Origin: Planctomycetaceae bacterium
GTDB lineage: Bacteria > Planctomycetota > Planctomycetia > Planctomycetales > Planctomycetaceae
Direction of reading: 5' to 3'
DNA length: 64,000 nucleotides
Assembly (NCBI GenBank): GCA_041398865.1
Contig: JAWKTY010000017.1
Coordinates: forward strand, 71,499-135,498
Shown: positions 55,063 to 63,487 of the stretch, one piece after another
How positions within the stretch are numbered: the first letter of the stretch is position 1
How the letters are laid out: every line of letters starts with the position of its first letter
Notes under the pieces: generated by a model
Databases searched by the model: none
What the model was told of the DNA's origin: nothing
Seen by the model: only the letters and a program-made list of their open reading frames with translations
Translations under genes and position numbers: made by a program

Positions 55063-55902
55063 ATGACAATTCTGACGCGTGCAGCACACAGATTCCCGGC
55101 TTATTTCGATCGACTGATTGAATCATTTCACGCCGGTCACTCAGGACGCCATGCGCATCTGGGATACTGGCACCCGGCACCTGAGACCGAAACGTCAGCG
55201 ATTGGTTTCGAAGAAGCTCAGGCAGCTCTGAACGAGCACCTGATTGCCATGACAGTACCGAGATCCGGAAGCCGAATTCTGGACGTCGCCTGTGGATTTG
55301 GCGGTTTGATTCAGCAGTTGGACCACGTTGTGTCCGGAACCGAACTGCATGGCATTAACCTTGATGACCGTCAGCTGAACATCTGTCAGCAGTTGAGATC
55401 AAATCATGGCAACGTTCTGCGCTGGCAGGAAGCGGATGCCTGTGATCTGCCGTTTGCCGATGCGATGTTTGATCTGATCTTTTGTGTGGAAGCCATCTTT
55501 CATTTTCAATCACGCGAGCAGTTCCTTTCGGAAGCGAAAAGAATTCTTCGACCCGGCGGTCGGCTGCTTCTGACGGATTTCACGCTGAAGGAATCGTCCG
55601 CTCTGCCGGCTTTCTGCATGGAAGCTGTTCTGACCGATGGTTACGGGCCCTGGCCGGACCCCTGGTGTCGCCGGGGAAACGTGTTTCAGCTGCTGAATGC
55701 TCAAGGCTGGCAGAACATCGTTTGCGAAGACCTGACTGCGGAAACACTGCCAACCTATCGCCATATTCTGCCCCGCGGAATGGATTCGGCCCGTGATCCC
55801 GGCGATCCCGCCACTCGCTCAGCTTTGATGCTGCAGTGGCTTCAGCAGAACGGCCATCTGACCTATGACTGCATTGCGGCACACACCGGAGCAAGCCTAT
55901 GA
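55063..55902 (+). CDS. Class I SAM-dependent methyltransferase (HxGYW type)
   Basis: HAHLGYW, ILDVACGFGG, ADACDLPFADAMFDLIFCVEAIFHF, RILRPGGRL. Confidence 0.9.
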   Translation: MTILTRAAHRFPAYFDRLIESFHAGHSGRHAHLGYWHPAPETETSAIGFEEAQAALNEHLIAMTVPRSGSRILDVACGFGGLIQQLDHVVSGTELHGINLDDRQLNICQQLRSNHGNVLRWQEADACDLPFADAMFDLIFCVEAIFHFQSREQFLSEAKRILRPGGRLLLTDFTLKESSALPAFCMEAVLTDGYGPWPDPWCRRGNVFQLLNAQGWQNIVCEDLTAETLPTYRHILPRGMDSARDPGDPATRSALMLQWLQQNGHLTYDCIAAHTGASL

Positions 55903-56489
55903 CACACGTGATTGCCATCTGCGGAACGATGGGAAGCGGAAAATCCACCGCGATCGCCCGGCTGCAGTCAAGACTGCCCAACTGCGAAACCCTGTTTGAA
56001 GACGATTTCAACCCGGCTCCCCTGAAGTCACTGGATGAAGTCCAGGAGTGGTTCGAAGCGGGCGGACGAGTCAGCGAATTTGATCTGTCAGCACTGGTTC
56101 AGCAACTGCGTGCGGCCACGTCTGCCGGGCGAGCCATCGTGCTGCTGGAAACGCAGTTCGGCAGAATGCATCCGGCGCTCAGACCCCTCATTGACCTGCA
56201 GTGCTGGATCGATGTGGAACCCGATCTCGCACTGGCCCGCAAGGTGACTCAACTGGCCCGACAGTTCGCCGGCGACGCGGAATCGCGCAGCGCTGATGCG
56301 GCAGAAGCATTGCTCTGGCTGGCGGAATTCTGCGACGGCTATTCTCAAATCACTCGAAAACTCTTCCTGCAGCAGCGAACGAGCGTTGGCCGGCAATCAG
56401 ACATTCAGATTTCCGGACACGCGTCCCCCGATGATGTCTGCGATCGCATCTGCCGATCACTGCCGTCATGGATGGCGGATGCCGCGTGA
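55899..56489 (+). CDS. P-loop small-molecule kinase (uridine kinase-like)
   Basis: VIAICGTMGSGKST (Walker A), VLLETQFG, WIDVEPDLALARK; ATGA overlap with the upstream gene. Confidence 0.75.
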   Translation: MTHVIAICGTMGSGKSTAIARLQSRLPNCETLFEDDFNPAPLKSLDEVQEWFEAGGRVSEFDLSALVQQLRAATSAGRAIVLLETQFGRMHPALRPLIDLQCWIDVEPDLALARKVTQLARQFAGDAESRSADAAEALLWLAEFCDGYSQITRKLFLQQRTSVGRQSDIQISGHASPDDVCDRICRSLPSWMADAA

Positions 56490-56548
56490 GTCGGTCAGGC
56501 TCCCGCCTGACAACAGGAACGGAGCTGTCAGGCAGGAGCCTGACCTGC
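56490..56548. repeat. REPIN-like element upstream of the second halogenase
   Basis: GTCAGGCTCCCGCCTGAC, 15-nt spacer, GTCAGGCAGGAGCCTGAC-CTGC. Confidence 0.85.
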
Positions 56549-56601
56549 TGAATTTCAGAACACTTCACGGCGTTGGGGACTGTCCACAAGGGAACAAAAC
56601 G

Positions 56602-58155
56602 ATGACAACATCAAAATCCGTGAAACAGACTCGGACACTGAGACTGCCCAAGCGAGTGGTCGTGCTGGGAAATGATGTCGTTGCCTGGATGGCAGCCGCG
56701 ATGCTGGCGAAGCATTTCATTTCGCTGCAGGTTCGCACCACGATCTGCCCGGGTGAAAATTCCGTCCCGCCTGGTCATGAGACGTTTGTTTCATCGCCTT
56801 CGCTCACGGCGTTGATTCGCAACTTCGGTGCTGACGAACACGACGTTCTGAAAGCGTGCAACGGGACCTATCGACTGGCAACTCAGTTTTCTGACTGGGC
56901 CAGTGAAGGCCGCGACTTCTGGCAGCCTCTGGGCCACGAAGAAATTCGCATGGCGGGCCTGCCGCTGTTTGACATTTGGGCCGCCGAACGCATTGCCGGT
57001 CGGCTGCTGCGTCCGCTGCATTCGTACACAGCTCACTGGACCGCATCGCTGGCCGGAAAAGCGCCGCATTCGTTTTCCGGAACGTCTCCACTGGCAGCTT
57101 CGGGGCAATACGGTTTTCATGGCGAAGCTGCCGGACTGGCTGGCTGGTTTCGAGCGACCGCGCTGAGCCTCGGCGTCGAGGAAATTTGCGGGCCGCTGGA
57201 TCAGACATTCGTCAATGGTCGCGGCGGATTGGCGCAGGTGAAGCTGACATCCGGCCAGGCGGTTCCAGGCGACCTGTTTCTGGAATGCCGCCCCGCACTC
57301 GCCGGCGATGAGATAGAGGACCTGAGCGACCGGTTTCTGTTCGATCGCCGAGTTTTCTTTCGAACCCCGGGAGCTCGCCGGATTCATCCTTTTACTCGAG
57401 TGACAGCCCATGACGCGGGCTGGTCCCGAACTGTGCCGCTGGCGGCTGAAGTGGAACACAGCTACGACTTCTGCAGTCGATTCCAGACTGATGATGACGC
57501 GGGAAAGTATCTCCGCAGCGTCGTCGATGGGCGTCTGGACAGTCCGCTGGATTCTGCGCCGGAACTGCACTTTGCGGACGTTCGACATTTTCTCCGGCGG
57601 GTGATCTGGAAAGACAACGTCCTGCATCTTGGCCGAAGTGCTCAGCAGCTGGAACCGCTGGCGGCCAACGACATGCACCTCGATCTGGCGGGAATCGAAT
57701 TGCTGCTGGAACTGGTCCCCGACCGCAGCATCGCTCGGTCAACTCGGGATGAGTATCTCAAGCGCAACACGGCCGTGCGGCAGGATGCGGTTCGCGAACT
57801 TCTGCTGCACCACGCCCTGCTGAATCGCAGCGATGCGCAGACCTGTGCGACCATCGCTGAAGCCGCTCGAACGGACGAGGTTCAGCAGCTGCTGGACGTT
57901 TATGAGTCTACCGGTGTGGTGCGAATTCACGCTCCGGAATCGACTCCGGCCGATCATCTTCGCAGTCTGCTGGCCGGTTGCCACCGCATGCCGCAGCGTC
58001 CGGTGATGGCGATTCGAAGTCTGGAGACAGGGCGACTGCAGCAGGCACTGCGAGACCTGGTGCAGCATCACGAAGCCACAGTGAAAGACCTTCCGCTGCA
58101 TGAAGAACTACTGGACTGGATTCATTCCGGTCCGTTTCAGAAGCAGGCGGGCTGA
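56602..58155 (+). CDS. Tryptophan-halogenase-family paralogue with degenerate catalytic motifs
   Basis: Aligns with the first halogenase end to end (QFSDW..DFWQP, LHSY, APHS, YGFH, LPLHEE), but has VVVLGNDVVAW, NGTYRLATQF, GWSRTVP and LEPLAAND. Confidence 0.85.
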   Translation: MTTSKSVKQTRTLRLPKRVVVLGNDVVAWMAAAMLAKHFISLQVRTTICPGENSVPPGHETFVSSPSLTALIRNFGADEHDVLKACNGTYRLATQFSDWASEGRDFWQPLGHEEIRMAGLPLFDIWAAERIAGRLLRPLHSYTAHWTASLAGKAPHSFSGTSPLAASGQYGFHGEAAGLAGWFRATALSLGVEEICGPLDQTFVNGRGGLAQVKLTSGQAVPGDLFLECRPALAGDEIEDLSDRFLFDRRVFFRTPGARRIHPFTRVTAHDAGWSRTVPLAAEVEHSYDFCSRFQTDDDAGKYLRSVVDGRLDSPLDSAPELHFADVRHFLRRVIWKDNVLHLGRSAQQLEPLAANDMHLDLAGIELLLELVPDRSIARSTRDEYLKRNTAVRQDAVRELLLHHALLNRSDAQTCATIAEAARTDEVQQLLDVYESTGVVRIHAPESTPADHLRSLLAGCHRMPQRPVMAIRSLETGRLQQALRDLVQHHEATVKDLPLHEELLDWIHSGPFQKQAG

Positions 58156-58173
58156 TTGCGGTCATCAACAGCG

Positions 58174-59193
58174 ATGTCGACAGATTACCTGGCTATTGAA
58201 CCGTTTCTGAAAGATGCTCTGCAGGGGCGAGCTCTGCAGAGTGCCTTCGATCTGGGAATCATCGATCGGCTGGCCGCGGCGGACGCCGATGTCACGGTTG
58301 ACGCGGCGCTGAAGGGTCTCGACTGCGATCGACCGGGAGGAAGTTTTCTGCTGCAGGTTCTGGCGTCTGCCAATGTCCTGCGACTGCAGAATGAACAGGT
58401 TCAACTCACGAATGCCTTTCGCAACGCGCTGCGGTTTCGGGATCTCATGATGACCAAGCTGCAGTTCGCTCAGCTGGTCGCGGCCGACTATTTCGAATGC
58501 CTGCCGCAGCTGTTGAGATCTGCGGAAGACTTCATGGGGGCCGCAAAGCTGTTCGAACTGTTCGATTACAGCCGCTGCATTGAGATCACGACCGGCAACT
58601 GCATGCAGGCCTCGCGCTGGATGCAGCTCACCACGATGCTGACTCGATACGAAGGGCCTGTCTGCTGCGACGCATGGGATTTTGGTCGACATCGACACAT
58701 GCTGGATGTTGGAGGCAACAGCGGAGAATTCGCGATGCAGGTCTGCCGCCGCGAACCGACTCTGACCGCCACGGTTCTGGATCTGCCGGTGGTTTGTCAG
58801 GTCGGAATGAGGCACCTTCAGCACCAGCCGGAAGCGAATCGCATTCAGTTTCACGCCGCCGACATGGTGCATGACGATTTTCCAGTCGGCGCAGATCTGA
58901 TTTGCTGGAAGTCCGTGCTGCACGACTGGCCGGATTCGGAAGTTCAGCACCTGCTGCAAAAGTCATTCGACCAGTTGCCCGTCGGAGGCCGCATCCTGAT
59001 TTTCGAACGCTGCCAATGGGATTCCAGTACCTTTCCCGTGTCGTATGGCCAGCTGCCGGTTCTGCTGTTCTTCCGATCCTACCGCAGCCCCGAAACCTAC
59101 GACCGGTGGCTCACAAACTGCGGCTTCCGAAACGTCACGACGAAATTCGTGCAGCTTGATGTCCCGTTTGTGTTGATGAGTGGGGAGAGGTAG
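58174..59193 (+). CDS. O-methyltransferase (Methyltransf_2 type)
   Basis: LQSAFDLGII dimerisation domain, MLDVGGNSG, VLDLP, AADMVHDDFP, KSVLHDWPD, GGRILIFE. Confidence 0.9.
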   Translation: MSTDYLAIEPFLKDALQGRALQSAFDLGIIDRLAAADADVTVDAALKGLDCDRPGGSFLLQVLASANVLRLQNEQVQLTNAFRNALRFRDLMMTKLQFAQLVAADYFECLPQLLRSAEDFMGAAKLFELFDYSRCIEITTGNCMQASRWMQLTTMLTRYEGPVCCDAWDFGRHRHMLDVGGNSGEFAMQVCRREPTLTATVLDLPVVCQVGMRHLQHQPEANRIQFHAADMVHDDFPVGADLICWKSVLHDWPDSEVQHLLQKSFDQLPVGGRILIFERCQWDSSTFPVSYGQLPVLLFFRSYRSPETYDRWLTNCGFRNVTTKFVQLDVPFVLMSGER

Positions 59194-59236
59194 ATTTTCG
59201 GTTCTCGGAGATGATCATCGATCTGAAATCTGAAAT

Positions 59237-60046
59237 TTACCCCGCTCCCTGATAATAGATCGTCAGAAACGGCTGGTCGCTCCGCGTTCGGCCGGCGGAG
59301 ATGTGGCCGACGGTGGCGGCGGCTGTCTTGTGGAGCCATTCGTTCACTTCGTTGTCGGCACAGGTGAAGCGTTCGGCGATGACATGGACGAGGTCCGTGA
59401 TGAGGGCCACGGGCTGCTGAGCGGCGTAGACATTCAAGTCGAATGATCGACGGTCACTGCCTTCTTCCGTGACTTCCAGCAGTCGCATCTCGGCCTTGTC
59501 CGTCTCGCATTCCGGTTCCAGTCTCTGGGCAAGTTGCGACAGTTCAGGTCGCAGTTCTTCCGGCGCCTCGTTCAGAAAGCACTCAGTCAGTGACGACGGA
59601 CCCTGCGGATGAACGTTTCGATAGCGACTGACCACCGCCAGGGACGTGTCATTCATCGACCACTTGAACCCCAGAAACATCAGCCGACCGTCATCGGCAG
59701 ACGTTGCCGGAACGGATGACGACAGTTCCAGGTAGCACTTGCCGATCGCGGTGCTGACTGAGTACTCAAAGCCGAAATGAACAAAGGCCGCCGATCGGAA
59801 ATAGCGACGGATGGCCGTCAGATGCGCGATCGGACTGCTCATCGCTCGGCAGATCTGCAACACTTCATCCACTGAACTCAGTTCTTCAATGGCGGCAGTC
59901 GGCACAGAAAACAGAGCTCGACGCGGTTCGAACATGCCAGGCTGCAGGCGCACGGAACGTTCCGACAGCACGGGCAGCTGCCGATCGATCAGCCACCGTC
60001 GAAGTTCGGCAAGGCCGCTGTTGTCAAACCAGTCCGCCGGAATCAT
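59237..60046 (-). CDS. Hypothetical protein, possible ABBA/PT-barrel fold
   Basis: 269-aa ORF with five putative beta-hairpins separated by helical segments; the fold is inference from pattern only. Confidence 0.6.
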   Translation of the reverse strand: MIPADWFDNSGLAELRRWLIDRQLPVLSERSVRLQPGMFEPRRALFSVPTAAIEELSSVDEVLQICRAMSSPIAHLTAIRRYFRSAAFVHFGFEYSVSTAIGKCYLELSSSVPATSADDGRLMFLGFKWSMNDTSLAVVSRYRNVHPQGPSSLTECFLNEAPEELRPELSQLAQRLEPECETDKAEMRLLEVTEEGSDRRSFDLNVYAAQQPVALITDLVHVIAERFTCADNEVNEWLHKTAAATVGHISAGRTRSDQPFLTIYYQGAG

Positions 60047-60062
60047 AAATCCGCATCTTCCT

Positions 60063-60962
60063 ATGGCTGCACCGTTTTCTCATCAGTCCGTCGATCAGCG
60101 AATTCTGAACGAAAGAATTCGCCCGGGCGACCCTGCGCTGAATTACTGTTTGTGGCCGTACCAGCCGCCGACAGTTCCGGACGGAAAACTGCGAGCCTCC
60201 AGTTTACTGCTGAAAGCCATTCAGGAGATGCCCGCCGCGGACTGGCTGCTGCAGACGGTGGATATCATTCAGGCCGGCCTGGGTGATTTTCGCAGTGTGT
60301 ACGGAATTAAGCAGATTGATGGCCGGTGGTCTCTGGAAGTGTATCTGTACGACTACGAACGGGAAAACCGAGCCGTCTCGATTGAACGCCTGAATGCGGC
60401 CTGTGCCGGTCAGATCTCCCTTCCCGCGACAGTTGGAAGTCATGTGCCGTATTTCATGTTTTCCTTTGACCTTGATGCTCGGGTCGCTCAGGCCAACGGA
60501 CGCATCGAAGTCGTTCATGTTTACATCGGCAATCCGGGAAGCATGGTTTCCAGCGGCATCAGTTACGGGTTTACCCGGGACCCCGACGCCACCGAACTGG
60601 AAAACCTGTACTTCTTCTTCGCCGCCGACAACCGAGCGGAAATCCACGACAAGGTGACCTGTGCGGCCTGTCTGAACGATCCGCAGACGCTGCTGGCGAC
60701 CGTGCTGCCAGAGCAGTTGATGACATGCCACACCATCTGCCTGGCCAACAAGCGATTCAGCAACACGGCGTACTTCTCCGGAATCAACTTGCAGCAGCTG
60801 ATCTGGTTTCTGCAGTGGCAGCAGTATTCGAAATCCTTCTGCCGCTTCATCGACGATCACGCCCACGAACTTGACCATCTGCTGTACGACGTTGGAGTTG
60901 ACTACCAGGTGCGTGATCAGCAGATCCGGTTTACAAAATCCGGAGTCTACGGAGTCTTTTAA
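60063..60962 (+). CDS. Hypothetical protein, possible ABBA/PT-barrel fold
   Basis: 299-aa aromatic-rich ORF from the ATG at 60063 (NYCLWPY, LEVYLYDY, PYFMFSFD, GNPGS, ENLYFFF, YFSGI, KSGVYGVF). Confidence 0.65.
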   Translation: MAAPFSHQSVDQRILNERIRPGDPALNYCLWPYQPPTVPDGKLRASSLLLKAIQEMPAADWLLQTVDIIQAGLGDFRSVYGIKQIDGRWSLEVYLYDYERENRAVSIERLNAACAGQISLPATVGSHVPYFMFSFDLDARVAQANGRIEVVHVYIGNPGSMVSSGISYGFTRDPDATELENLYFFFAADNRAEIHDKVTCAACLNDPQTLLATVLPEQLMTCHTICLANKRFSNTAYFSGINLQQLIWFLQWQQYSKSFCRFIDDHAHELDHLLYDVGVDYQVRDQQIRFTKSGVYGVF

Positions 60963-61004
60963 GCGTCAGGCGAAGGGCATTCACGGCCACGGTCACCGAC
61001 TAAC

Positions 61005-61085
61005 GTGGGCAGTACCCACACCACCATTCGAGCTGACGCTCGGAAACGCGACTGCGTCGCTCAAAAAAGATGCGCGCACCGCTCG
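61005..61085. repeat. Dispersed copy of the ~100-bp GTGGGCAGT(A/G)CCCAC element
   Basis: GTGGGCAGTACCCAC...CGAGCTGACGCTCGGAAACGCGAC...GTCGCTCAAAAAAGATGCGCGCACC is homologous to the unit at 27721-27800. Confidence 0.75.
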
Positions 61086-61104
61086 TGTCGGACAGAGTAA
61101 GACT

Positions 61105-62541
61105 CTAACCTTTGGCCGCTTCCTTGATGGCCAGCAGTTCCGTTCGTTCCGGCATGGCTTTGTAAAACGGGTCCAGAGGGTAGCAGCCTGAAACAATGCC
61201 GTTGCGAGGTGCGGTGGTGCAGTCGCTGAAGGTTCGGCAGATCTTTTTTCGAGCCATCGAACGTCCGTTCAGGACATCGGTCGGAAGTTCAGGATAAGAC
61301 AGCACCATGCGGCCCAGACCGATCGAATCGGCCATTCCCGAACGGACAACCGCCTGGCCAACATTCGGCAGCCATTCCTGCAGATACGAGTATCCGCTGC
61401 CCACGACGATCATCCCCGGATATCTGCGTTTGATGTCAGCCGTCGCGGCAATTTGCCGGTGAACTCCCACCAGCGGATCTTCGGGCGGCTGATAACCGTC
61501 GGAAGGAGGAAAGATCGCGGGCCGCTGAATGTGAGGGTTGTAGTACGGACTGCCGCAGGTCGTGCACAGCAGATCGATGCTGAGATCTTCCAGCAGCTGA
61601 ACAAATCGCGACGGCTCTTTCAGATCGATTCCCTGCCCGGTTCCGTCACCTCCGAACGCACACGCATACGGACTTCCGGCTGATGGAACTCCGGTGCGTT
61701 CAGCATTGTCGCCCGGTTCAAACGGCGTAAAATCAAAGATGCTGATTCGAACGCCGATTTCCAGTCCCGGTGCTTCCGACCGAATGCCGTCGACGATGTT
61801 TCGCAGAAAGCGAGTTCGATTTTCGAAGCTGCCTCCGAACTGACCAGGGCGATCAAATCCCGACAGCAGTTCATGCCCCAGATAACCGTGGCAGTGTTTG
61901 ACGTCGACCCAGGCAAAGCCGGCTTTCTGAGCCAGCACGCAGGCGGCGACGAAGTCGTCGATCAGCTGCTTCAGGTCATCATCCGTCAGCAGCGGACCGT
62001 CATCGGAAATTTTCAGGCGCCGATCCAGCACCGGATGGTGGTAGACAATGCGAGGTTCGCCGGTCTGCTTGCTGTTGGGTTTTGCATAGCGACCGGAATG
62101 AGTCAGCTGCAGACCGATGCACAGGTCATCCGTCTGACCAAAGTGCTGCTGATGAGTCTTCACCAGCAGTGTTCGCAGATCAATCAGATCTCCGATGGTT
62201 TCGGAACTGATCATCAGCTGATTCGGGTTGGCTCGCCCGTCATGCCGGACAGCGACGGCCTCGCCGCCCCAGATCAGTTTGGCTCCGCTGAGTCCGAAGT
62301 TCTGCCAGCGACGTCGAGTCAGGTCTGTGGGACGACCGTCTGTGGTGCCGTCCCAGCCTTCCATCGGCAGAATGCAGAAGCGGTTGCCGATCAGGCCAGC
62401 CGCACTGACAAGCGGCTGAGCCAGCGGGCCTGACGATCCGGATTCGACAGCATCGTCAACAGGCAGCTCAAGTTCCAGTTCCCGCAATCGCTCCTGAAAC
62501 TCGGCGGCCGTCCGGAATGTGGAAACACGGGGGTACGACAT
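61105..62541 (-). CDS. NADH:flavin oxidoreductase (Old Yellow Enzyme-like TIM barrel)
   Basis: [66 protein letters not shown]. Confidence 0.9.
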   Translation of the reverse strand: MSYPRVSTFRTAAEFQERLRELELELPVDDAVESGSSGPLAQPLVSAAGLIGNRFCILPMEGWDGTTDGRPTDLTRRRWQNFGLSGAKLIWGGEAVAVRHDGRANPNQLMISSETIGDLIDLRTLLVKTHQQHFGQTDDLCIGLQLTHSGRYAKPNSKQTGEPRIVYHHPVLDRRLKISDDGPLLTDDDLKQLIDDFVAACVLAQKAGFAWVDVKHCHGYLGHELLSGFDRPGQFGGSFENRTRFLRNIVDGIRSEAPGLEIGVRISIFDFTPFEPGDNAERTGVPSAGSPYACAFGGDGTGQGIDLKEPSRFVQLLEDLSIDLLCTTCGSPYYNPHIQRPAIFPPSDGYQPPEDPLVGVHRQIAATADIKRRYPGMIVVGSGYSYLQEWLPNVGQAVVRSGMADSIGLGRMVLSYPELPTDVLNGRSMARKKICRTFSDCTTAPRNGIVSGCYPLDPFYKAMPERTELLAIKEAAKG

Positions 62542-62605
62542 GCGGACACACCTTCACAGAATCAGGAGTCGGCCAGCGGAGAACCTTCGTTAGAACCGCC
62601 GGAAA

Positions 62606-63487
62606 TCAGCCGGCTCCGCGCAGAGCTGCCAGAATTCGATCGCAGGCCTGAGACTTGTTCAGAGCGTAGAAATGAATTCCGGGAACACCCTGCCGACGCA
62701 GCTCCTCGCACTGAGCGATGGCAAACTCGACACCGATCTCAAACTGAGCATCGGCGTCATCCTGAACGGCTTCCAGTCGCGACGCGAGGTCCGGAGGAAA
62801 CACGGTTCCGCACATCGATGTGATGCGTTTGATGCGAGCAAAATCCGTGATGGGCATGATGCCCGGAACGACGGGAATCTGAATCCCCAGTTCGCCACAG
62901 CGATCTCGAAAGCGAAAGAAGTTGCTGTTCTCGAAAAACAGCTGAGTAAACACGGCATCTGCGCCGGCGTCGACTTTGCGTTTCAGATTCTGCATATCGA
63001 CTTCCAGGCTGGAAGCTTCCAGATGCTTCTCCGGATACCCGGCCACTCCGATCCCGAACTCGGAAGAATGCCCGCGGATCAGTTCGACCAGTTCGTTCGC
63101 GAAGCGAAGACCTCCTTCGACAGCTTTGAAGGTCGATTCTCCCTGAGGCGGGTCGCCTCGCAGAGCCATAATGTTTTGGATTCCGGCTTTCGCGGCATCG
63201 TCGAGCCACTGCAGCAGATCTTCACGAGTCGAACCGACGCAGGTGAAGTGAGCCATCGCGGTACGGTTGAAGTCGCCCTGGATCTCGCGACACCAGCTGA
63301 TGGTGCGGTCCCGAGTCGACCCGCCGGCACCATACGTACACGACATAAACGCCGGCTGATACTGCAGCAGGCTGCGCATATGACTTCGCAGAGCCTCATC
63401 ACCTTCGGCAGTCTTCGGAGGAAAAATCTCAATGGAAACGGCAAAGGGCTGAGTCGAAAAGACTTCCGGAAGTCGCATGATTTTCAT
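62606..63487 (-). CDS. metF: 5,10-methylenetetrahydrofolate reductase
   Basis: [60 protein letters not shown]. Confidence 0.96.
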   Translation of the reverse strand: MKIMRLPEVFSTQPFAVSIEIFPPKTAEGDEALRSHMRSLLQYQPAFMSCTYGAGGSTRDRTISWCREIQGDFNRTAMAHFTCVGSTREDLLQWLDDAAKAGIQNIMALRGDPPQGESTFKAVEGGLRFANELVELIRGHSSEFGIGVAGYPEKHLEASSLEVDMQNLKRKVDAGADAVFTQLFFENSNFFRFRDRCGELGIQIPVVPGIMPITDFARIKRITSMCGTVFPPDLASRLEAVQDDADAQFEIGVEFAIAQCEELRRQGVPGIHFYALNKSQACDRILAALRGAG

